Assembly: GCA_023205875.1 (NCBI GenBank)
Contig: CP060755.1
Location: 1,612,001 to 1,676,000 of the forward strand
Reading direction: 5' to 3'
Length of the DNA: 64,000 bases
DNA from: Chloropicon primus
Taxonomy: Eukaryota
Of this stretch, positions 55,869 to 64,000 are shown in pieces. The notes below the pieces were generated by a model that saw only the letters and a program-made list of their open reading frames with translations, was not told where the DNA came from and ran no database searches. Positions within the stretch are counted from its first letter, which is position 1. Each line of letters starts with the position of its first letter. The translations under genes and the position numbers were made by a program.

Positions 55869-55966
55869 AACCAACTGCGGCGGAGGCGAAGCTGGTGTTT
55901 TTGTGTAATAATTATTGTGTAGAAAAAGCCTCTCGATGACACGCAATTATGAAAATATGGTTCGTC

Positions 55967-57524
55967 TTATTTCTTCCCTCTGTTCCTGAGTTTGCCCAGG
56001 GGGTCAAAGGCCTTGATATCCTCGTCCTCCTCGTCCTCCTCCTCCCCCTCGAGGTCCAGCATCCCGTAAACCGAGTTCTCCAACACTTTTGTTCTCATAT
56101 ACTTGAGGGCTTGCTCACCCGTGGGCTTGGAGTGGGCCAGGGCCCTAACAAAGTCGTCCAACGTGAGCGACCGAGGTTTGATGGTTCCCACGGACGAGGG
56201 GTTCTTCCTCTCCTTTTGAAGCAGCTCCCGGATCGGATAGTAAGCCGCGTTCGTGCAGAGTTGCTTCAGGTCACTCCCGCTGAATCCCGTCGTTTTCTCT
56301 CCCAACTTTTTGATCCCTTGGCCCATGTAGACCGACTCATCCATCACCTCTCCCTCCAGCATCTTGGAAAGAATCAACTCCCTCTGCTTCTGATCGGGAA
56401 GGCCGACCAGGAAGGACTGGGGAAGCCGCCTCAGAACGGCCTCGTCCACCTCCCACGGCCTGTTTGTCGCACCCAAGACCATGACCTGCGAGTACTCGTC
56501 CGTCGTGAAGCCGTCCCAAAGGGCCATGAACTCCGTCTTCATGTTGTTGGTCGCCTCGTGCTCGTTGCTGTGCCTCTTCCCCAGCATGGAGTCAATCTCG
56601 TCGATGAAGATGATCGACGGCTGCAACTTCATGGCGAGGGTGAAAACCGCGGTCACGAGCTTCTGAGCGTCGCCGAACCACTTGCTCTGCAGCGTTGCGG
56701 CCCTCACGTTAATGAAGCAAGCGTTGGACTCCTTCGCGATAGCCTTCGCGAGCATGGTCTTCCCCGTCCCTGGAGGGCCGTAAAGCAGGACGCCTTTGAC
56801 TGGCTTGAGCAGGTTGCCCCTCGCGAAGAGATCTGGCCTTCTCAGAGGCAAAATCACGAGCTCGTAGAGCCTCTCCTTGATGACGTTCAGGCCACCGATC
56901 TTGTCGAAAGACACCGTGAGGTGGTCAGGGTTGATCACATCGCAGGCGATGACGTCCTCGTAGGTATTCGTCTGCACGCTGCGGCCCAGGCGCTGCTTGA
57001 TCTCCTTCTTCCTTTGCGCGGCCTGCTTCGAGGCAGCTTTGTTCGGATCCAGCTGATTCAGAGTGAACTTGAGGAAGAAGAAACTGCCCAGGAGCGTGGC
57101 GGACAGGTATATTAGCTGCAGAGCGAAAACCGGGAGGACCAGCAGCAACGCCGGGCGGGGGATAAGAGGGCGTTCTGTCAGTGGTCTCGGTGCGTTTTCG
57201 GTCATCATGCAAAAAGGCTAGGCCTAGCGTTCGGGTGGCAAGCAAGCTCCTCGACACCTGCCTCCGAGTTCGGGTGGACGAGAGAAACAACGCGCTTGTC
57301 GCGCCGATACTTACGTCTCCGATCCAGTTGGGCTGCCCCCCCTTGATGCGCGTCCCTGTGGTCGCGGCGTGCGCAGGCTTCCCGCTGAACAACCTCCCCA
57401 CCCCCCTCCCTATTCCTCCGACCCCTTTTCCTATCTCTCCCAAGATCTGTCCGACAAGTGGCTTCCCGGCTTGGGTCACCACTGCCGCTACCACCCGTCC
57501 CTCCTCCGCTCTCCCTTCCCCCAT
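55967..57524 (-). CDS. Msp1/ATAD1-like membrane-anchored AAA ATPase, 2 exons (57524-57315, 57115-55967)
   Basis: [55 protein letters not shown]. In-frame splice WIGD|LIYL. Confidence 0.9.
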
Positions 57525-57674
57525 CCCTGTCCCCTTCCCAACACCAACCTTCTCCTTCTCCTTCTCCTTCTCCTTCTCTCCCTCCCCAGCCCAGCGGCGA
57601 TCGCGCGCGAAACGAGACTTCAAGCAATGGCAGCAGCAGCTTTGGTCCAGGAGCGGCGCTGAAGGAGGAGGAGG

Positions 57675-58145
57675 ATGAAGCGAGGGAGGGAGGCGCTGCC
57701 GGAGGACTTCTTCGAGGGGGGGAGGGAGGGGGGGGACCGGGAGGAGGGGAAAACAGAAGGGAAGAGGGGAAACGAAGAAAAAGAAACGGCGTTTGATGAC
57801 TTTATGACCTCCATCGTTGGGGATGGGGAGCCGAGCGAGACGAGAATGCCGAGCAAGCGTTCCATAGCAAGCGCGGGAGACGACGAGCCGAGCAAGCCGA
57901 GCAAGCCGAGGGCGACGACTGAGACTGAAGCTCGGGAGGGGGAGGAAGAAGAGGGCGGGGAGGACGGGGAGGACGAGGAGAACCTGGTGAGCAGGGGGAG
58001 GGCGGCTGTGTGGAGGGAGCTCATCGAGGAGAAGAAGAGAATGAGGAAGGGGAAGGTGGTTGAGAAAGACTCGGGGGGGTCTTCGGACGAGAGCGACGGG
58101 GATGACATTGGGGGCCTCACCGACTGGCGCTCGAAGGGAATCTGA
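57675..58145 (+). CDS. ZNF830/CCDC16-like short acidic protein
   Basis: ALPEDFFE, AFDDFM, and a terminal acidic run followed by DWRSKG match recalled ZNF830 C-terminal motifs. Confidence 0.6.
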   Translation: MKRGREALPEDFFEGGREGGDREEGKTEGKRGNEEKETAFDDFMTSIVGDGEPSETRMPSKRSIASAGDDEPSKPSKPRATTETEAREGEEEEGGEDGEDEENLVSRGRAAVWRELIEEKKRMRKGKVVEKDSGGSSDESDGDDIGGLTDWRSKGI

Positions 58146-58186
58146 GGAATTCGAACCAACTTGGTTGCAATATAGACAACAATGAT

Positions 58187-61100
58187 TTACGTTGCCTCGG
58201 CTTCTGGCGCCTTGGCTTGATCGGGCTTCTCCTCCTCTTTCTTCGTGTAGAACAGCGCGTAAGCGTTCATAAAGTTGCCCACCGGCCCGGCCAGAACCAG
58301 CAGGGGGGCCAGGAAGACGAAAATCATGAGGAAGGAGTACGCCATGGTGAAGAGCAAGACCGCTCCAAATTTGGTGTAGAACAGAATTGTGCAGTTGAAG
58401 AGCAGGGCCCCGGCAAGGGAGGTGGAAACGGCAGCGTACAGGACTGGTGGTCCCATGGCCCAGATCGCATCCAAGGTCTTTTCCCTCCTCGTCTCCTCCT
58501 TCGACTCCTTGTACGCGTGCGCGATGTGGACGATAAAGTCACAGGACAATCCCACCAGAATCGCGAAGCAGATCGCTGTGACGGGAGAAAGGCAAGGAGA
58601 AGGTGACGGTGTTAACTCGAGTTCCTTCAGTGAGAATACCGGACGACTTACCCTCCAAGAATCCCAGGGACCACCCCATGGCGACCGTGGTTGCGGCGAC
58701 GGTTACCAGAATGCAGAAAATGGATATCACGCTGTACAGGGTGAGCAGGACGTTTCCGTTGCTGACGAAGATGATCACCGTGGCCATTGCCACCGAAAGC
58801 AATGCGGACAAGTAAGCGCTGTTTTTCATTTGCCGGTTCGTATCCCACCAGTGAAAGTCCTCGCTGATGAAGAAGAAGGAATCGGACGTTCCCTGGGGAG
58901 CCTCGAGCCTCTTTTTGTCGATGTACTCACTCCATTCGTAGAACTGGCTCTTCAGCTTGTTGTAAGGATCGTTCCACTTCACCGTGGCCTCGATGTTCAT
59001 CACGAGGAACTCGACTTGCTCTTGGCCCGGCGGCGGCGGAGCCCCTTGACCGCTTTCGGGATGATAGGATCGCTCGATCTCGCTTGCGATGCCAATGTGT
59101 TTCCGCCTGTGATCCCTCTGCGAGCGCCACTCCAAAAACCAGTAGTTGAATTGGTCGGAAGGAAGAGGCAAGGACAGGTCGTACTTGGACGTCGCAGGGT
59201 TGTACCTGCCCTTGAGCCACTGATCGAACCCGTCCATGAAGCAGTCCCCTCTGTCCGTGGTAAATGTTTGCTGCTTAATGTCCTGGCAGAATTCGAGCAT
59301 CCAGGTCTGGACGGCAGGCTGGGTGATGTCAAAGGTGGGGTCCAATATTATTTTGGACTTGGAGGTCGGATCGTTTTCGTTCCCCGTGTCCCCTGGTTTC
59401 AGACCGAAAATGACACGAACCCACGAGGTCTCCTCGCCATCGCCGACGTACAGATCATTCTTCCACTTGGTCCATTTGGTGAAGATGTGATTGTCGGGAA
59501 AGAGCTGTACTTCAGAAGTTTGCGGCATTGGAATATCCAGTGACACGAGAGTGAAGTAGATGAACAAGGCCAAAAGCCCCGGCACCAAGAAGTACCTCAA
59601 AGCAGTCGTCCCCTTGGCACACTGGACCAAAATTTTTTGCGTCATCGTTTCCTTCTTGTGCTTTTTGTCCTTCCTCGAGCAGGCTTGAGAGAAGTCGAGC
59701 AAACTCAGCTTGAAGTACCGTCCCACGTGAGCGCCCTTGGCCTTTATGGCCTGAACCCACCTGATCTGCAGAACCAGGGCAGGGGCACAGATGATGATTA
59801 CGAAAAGATAATCGAACACTGTCATCATTCCCAGGAAGACAGCAAACATTCTGATGGGAGCCACCGGAGTGATCGCGGTGGAGAAGAACGCGCCTGCCGT
59901 GGTCAACGACGTCAGAAGCATGGCGTAGGATGCCTGGGGAATCGCCACGCAGGCCAAATCGTACGCCGATGCCCCCGGCATGCTCTGTGCCGCTTGCTCG
60001 AACTTGTCAAAGAGCACGAAAATGTCGTCCGCACCGATGCCCATCACCACGAACATGGCTAAGAAATTCAGGAATGGGAAGAAGCTGAAGCCCAGCAAGA
60101 GCTTGTACGCGAAGTATGCGCTCGGGAAAGACAGGGCCACTTGGATGACCCCGACGAAGGCCATGAACACGGATCTGGTGTGAAACCAGATCAAGAAAAG
60201 GATGATGGCCGTGGCGGCGCAGGCCATGATCATATCCTCCGAAAGCACGTCGTCAATCAGCAGATCCGTAAGCTCCGCATCCCCAACATCGTAGGCCAGA
60301 TCAAAGGAGTAGTCCCCGTTACCCTTGAGCTTTCCGCTCTTGTGGAGAGCGTACACTGCATCAAGGGACCCTTCCCTCATGGGAAAGACGGTCCGCAGCA
60401 GGTTTGTTGAGTGCCTTCCGTCGTTGACTATGTCCTTTCCGGTGAGGCTCGCAAAGTAGTGCTCAGGGATAACGCTTGGCCCCACCTTCGCCTCGGAGAC
60501 GTACAGCTCCACCAACTCACCCAGCCAAGTCGCGGTGTACTCCGAGAACAGCGTGTCGCAAGTGAACCAAGGCTTCTTGCCGGGGTAATTCAGGTGCGTG
60601 TACTTCTTCAGAATCAAGTCCTCGCGAATGAGCGTGACAAAGGATATCGGATGGAAACACTCCCCGGCAATAATGGGCCAGCTCTCGTCGTCCCTCGCCC
60701 TCCTGCAGACGTCACTCTCCTCCTGGACTCGGAACACCTCCGCCTCGTATTCGCATACTTCCTTGAGGCTCTGCATGTTCAACAAGTTGAAGTCCTTGCC
60801 CTTGCCCTTGTAAAGCGAAAGAAGGTGGTTCTCCCCATGAAAGGCTTGGTCTCCGTGCGCGTTAAACTCGTGCGAGGATTCCTGCAGCAGATGACGTCTC
60901 CGCCTGTAGTCTTCCTCCTCGCCGTTGAGCCTTGCCCAAAGATTCAATCTTGCCGAGTCTTGCGCCTGCTTGTCAGCGACGGGAGTGTTTCTGCTGTTCC
61001 ACCCGTCGTTGTCTGCAGATATCTCGAACTCACCGACGATCATCCCGACGGCGCTAAGCCCGAGGGCAAAGAGAAGGGACAAGACCATGACGAGGCAAGG

Positions 61101-61229
61101 TCGCCTGGCGAGAAAGCGGACCAGGACATTGGGCCGAGGTCCCACCTGCACCGGAACCTGAACCTTGGGGCCCACGTGGAGCTCGTTCGTCGCCGCCACC
61201 CGGAGCTCTTGATCGGGAACGTAGCCCAT
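58187..61229 (-). CDS. Patched/Dispatched-family RND sterol-sensing-domain protein, 2 exons (61229-58652, 58575-58187)
   Basis: FPFLNFLAMFVVMGIGADDIFV, TSLTTAGAF, spliced GFLE|AICFAILVGLSCDFIVH; 12-TM layout. A further 5' exon is possible (acceptor-like site near 61240). Confidence 0.92.
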
Positions 61230-61251
61230 AGCCTCCTCCCTGCAACAACAA

Positions 61252-61296
61252 GTATCCCCCTCTGCTGATCTTTCGTATCCCCCTCTGCTGATCTTT
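61252..61296. repeat. 22-bp tandem repeat x2 (period 23)
   Basis: gtatccccctctgctgatcttt at 61252 and 61275. Confidence 0.9.
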
Positions 61297-61438
61297 TTTA
61301 TTATTATTTTTTCCTTCCTTCAAGATTGTATCTTGGAGTGTAAGGGGTCCAGGGTTTGAATGGAACCGAGGGACAGCCCACGACAAGGGACCGGCCTCGT
61401 CGAAGAGGGACGGGCGGGCGAACAAGAACACGAACACA

Positions 61439-63055
61439 ATGGAGGGGGAGGAGGAGGAGGAGGACTACGCGTCCTATTCAGCGTACAGGCCAAAATATGG
61501 GACGTTTAGAACGACATGCACGAGGTTTGTCGTCCTTTATGCCTCGCTGGTTATGGCGGGACTGTGTGCAGCGGCCTTGATCATGTACACGGAGCTTCCC
61601 GTGGGGCACTACCAGGACCTTGACTCGGTCACCATGCTCTTCGACCACAGGAAGGCCGCGAAGGGGATCCAGGCGGAGCACGAGTACTTTCGGAAAGAAA
61701 CCTGGGCCCGGGACGTTCAGGTTGCTTCCCTCGAGAACGACGTGACGGAAGTCTCCAGGCACATCCCTGTCGCACTGTACTGCGGCGGAACCCGGTCCCT
61801 TTGCGACAAGGACGTCCAAGTGGAGTGCCTGTCTAAGCTGACGAGCGTGAACACGACCCACTCCCTCAACGCGGACCAGGACGGCCTCGTGGCCTCCGTG
61901 CAATACTACGGGACGTGCACCGAGTTCAACGCCTTGGAGTGGGGGGAGCGCGCGGAGCGGATACGGGTCTTTCACGTGGCGCTGACGGGGTCTCAGCCCG
62001 AGGACCTCGGCCTGAGCTTGGTGGCCGAGTCTGCCTTTTGGAGCACCTGGGTCTGCTCGAACTTCGCCAGTCTGCCCGGTGTTCTGGCAAGCAAGAAGCT
62101 GACTTGCACGAGGACTTTTGACCTTTGTGCGCCGACCTCCAACGCAATCACGGGCATCAAGGGCAAGCCCTCGAACCTCGACTTCTTCAGAATTGCCAGG
62201 TCCTCGGTGTGCCTCTCGGGCCCAAGCATCCAAGTCTACCACGACTCGGTGCCACTTGGGGGCGCCCTGGACCTCGCCAGCAGGGACTTCGGCTGGGTCC
62301 TGCCCCAGGAGATAGAGGCCTTCTTCGATGCGGCTTTCGCCACGGTGTTCGGCCAAAACGCGGAGCCATACAGTCGCGTCGCAATAAGCGATGCCCTGTC
62401 CGTGAGCGGGATCAAGGTCAGCTTTGACTTCGCCACGGAGGAAGGAGACGGCATGGAAACCGGAAAGTATGTCGGGGCGCTCGCCTCGCAAGTTTCCACA
62501 ACGCCAGTGCCGGCGACGTGCCCCAACACCGCGTACACGGTGTTTCATGGCACGGGGTCGGTCTCTCTGAGCGTTGACTCTTACAACGAGTCCAGCAGTT
62601 TCGGAACGTCCGGGATGATTCCAGTCAGCATGGGGGCTGACGCGAAGCACGTTCCGCTGTACCAAGTGACGCCAAACTCCGAGGAGGGGGACTGGGCCTC
62701 CTTCGCCGTCAGCAGGCTGACCAAGCTGGAAGTTGTCGTGGCAAAGAGTGCGATCCTGAACCAGCACCTCTGGCGGATCAGCCGAGTCTCCGCCGAGTAC
62801 GGGTCCGGGTCAACGCAGGAAGAGGTGGTTCAGCTCCAAGTGGACTTGAGGGACGCGAGCGAGCCGAGAAAGGCTCAGGTCCCGGTGCTGGACCAGGAGT
62901 ACTACGCCTTAGCGGCTCTGGCCCTGATGGTCATCGCGGGAATCATCGTCTTCATGCTGCCCTTCATCCTGTACCGGGAATACATCCTGGGCCTGAAGGC
63001 CAACGGCCTTCCGCTGCCCTTCTTCAGGTACACGACCCAGTTCAGGGGCTGGTGA
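61439..63055 (+). CDS. Hypothetical membrane protein with two terminal TM helices and a large Cys-containing loop
   Basis: TM1 FVVLYASLVMAGLCAAALIMY, TM2 ALAALALMVIAGIIVFMLPFILY; TGTAA at 63080. Confidence 0.75.
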   Translation: MEGEEEEEDYASYSAYRPKYGTFRTTCTRFVVLYASLVMAGLCAAALIMYTELPVGHYQDLDSVTMLFDHRKAAKGIQAEHEYFRKETWARDVQVASLENDVTEVSRHIPVALYCGGTRSLCDKDVQVECLSKLTSVNTTHSLNADQDGLVASVQYYGTCTEFNALEWGERAERIRVFHVALTGSQPEDLGLSLVAESAFWSTWVCSNFASLPGVLASKKLTCTRTFDLCAPTSNAITGIKGKPSNLDFFRIARSSVCLSGPSIQVYHDSVPLGGALDLASRDFGWVLPQEIEAFFDAAFATVFGQNAEPYSRVAISDALSVSGIKVSFDFATEEGDGMETGKYVGALASQVSTTPVPATCPNTAYTVFHGTGSVSLSVDSYNESSSFGTSGMIPVSMGADAKHVPLYQVTPNSEEGDWASFAVSRLTKLEVVVAKSAILNQHLWRISRVSAEYGSGSTQEEVVQLQVDLRDASEPRKAQVPVLDQEYYALAALALMVIAGIIVFMLPFILYREYILGLKANGLPLPFFRYTTQFRGW

Positions 63056-63108
63056 GCTGAAACGCAAGCGCGCGCGCGCTGTAACCTTTTTGTATTTCTA
63101 ACCAAATA

Positions 63109-64000
63109 TTACTTTGACACCATCATTCCGCAATCAACGATATGGACTCTCTCCTTGGGCTCCCCTTCCGGCGTTCCGGTCTCTTCGATCTTCTTCACAA
63201 GGTCCATCCCCTCGAGAACCTTCCCCAGCACGACGTGCTTCCCGTCCAGGTGCGGCGTAGGAGCCGTCGTGATGAAGAACTGCGAGCCGTTGGTGTTCGG
63301 CCCCGAGTTGGCCATGCTCAGGACGCCTGGCCCGGCGTGCTTGCTAGAAAAGTTCTCGTCGTCGAACTTCTCGCCGTAGATGGACTCCCCGCCCGTGCCG
63401 TTCCCCTCCGTGAAGTCCCCGCCCTGAATCATGAACCCCGGGATGATCCGGTGGAAGCTGGATCCCTTGAAGTGCAGAGGCTTGCCCTTGGCGCCCTTGC
63501 CCTTCTCGCCCGTGCAGAGGGATTCGAAGTTCGCCACCGTCTTTGGAACCTGGTTGCCGAACAACCCGAGGACGACCCTTCCCGACTCGGAGGCCTCCTC
63601 GCCCCCGATCTCGACGTCGAGGTACACCTTGGAAGTGACCTCCTCGTCCGCCGGGGGCGGGAGGTCCTCCTCGAAAAGGTACTCCCACTCGAGGTAGGCC
63701 TCCGTTTTCTCCAGCACGACCTGCACGAACCTGTCCCCTCCCTCCTCCTCGATGCTCCAGAACGACTCGTCCGGGTCCACAGAGCTCTCGAAGGACCCGG
63801 AGACCCTCTCCTCCCCGTGCACCTTGAGCTCCAGCTCCTTGGGCTTTATCCTCACCCCCAGGTCCTTCCCCCTCGCTGTCTCTGGTATCGGTATCGCGAT
63901 CGTCACCTCCCCCGAGGACGCCTTTTGCGACCACTTGGGCACGGATTTCAGCCCCGTCGTCCTGAGCAGCGCCCTCGTCCTCGCCCTCGTCCTCGCCCTC
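63109..64000 (-). CDS. Cyclophilin PPIase fused to an N-terminal CS (p23/NudC-like) domain (5' partial)
   Basis: CS: KWSQ..EVTIAIP...[11 protein letters not shown]...VVLEK. PPIase: [39 protein letters not shown]. Frame is open to the window edge with Arg-rich repeats. Confidence 0.92.
   Translation of the reverse strand, partial: RARTRARTRALLRTTGLKSVPKWSQKASSGEVTIAIPIPETARGKDLGVRIKPKELELKVHGEERVSGSFESSVDPDESFWSIEEEGGDRFVQVVLEKTEAYLEWEYLFEEDLPPPADEEVTSKVYLDVEIGGEEASESGRVVLGLFGNQVPKTVANFESLCTGEKGKGAKGKPLHFKGSSFHRIIPGFMIQGGDFTEGNGTGGESIYGEKFDDENFSSKHAGPGVLSMANSGPNTNGSQFFITTAPTPHLDGKHVVLGKVLEGMDLVKKIEETGTPEGEPKERVHIVDCGMMVSK

Noticed and set aside
57170..57230. ATGATGA...CTGA and a GCTAGGCCTAGC palindrome plus T-run in the ATAD1 intron (C/D snoRNA or terminator?)
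   Set aside because: The boxes are only ~20 nt apart, and the CTGA is the intron branch point (ACTGAC).
328..62767. Many long antisense or alternate-frame ORFs (e.g. 3493-5643, 1146-2633, 51887-53458)
   Set aside because: Expected shadows of GC3-rich coding sequence; they carry no family motifs and overlap well-supported genes.

Overview
Very gene-dense, GC-rich eukaryotic nuclear DNA. It has short GT-AG introns with CTGAC branch points, TGTAA poly(A) signals after many stops, and 40-700 bp intergenic gaps. This points to a compact chlorophyte (green alga) genome; a Chloropicon-like picoalga is my inference from style, not verified. About 35 protein genes are supported: RMND5/GID2 3' end, heme oxygenase, three ABCG half-transporters with mosaic near-identical nucleotide-binding domains (NBDs), SPP protease, ProXp-ala, ANTH-like protein, head-to-head HECT E3s (UPL1-like and UPL6-like), DEG9-like protease, OTU deubiquitinase, a multidomain patatin bracketed by an apparently exact 1.4-kb duplication, uL1, a PrpF-family isomerase divergent from a PLP aminotransferase, SLX9, a UHM-less SPF45, PLMT, TrmA, STE24, monomeric NADP-IDH, NUDCD2, IPK, ATAD1, ZNF830-like, Dispatched-like, a 2-TM orphan and a CS-cyclophilin. 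The best unannotated element is a box H/ACA snoRNA in the SLX9 intron; both of its pockets match conserved 18S rRNA sequence. All calls come from motif recognition by eye; no searches were run.
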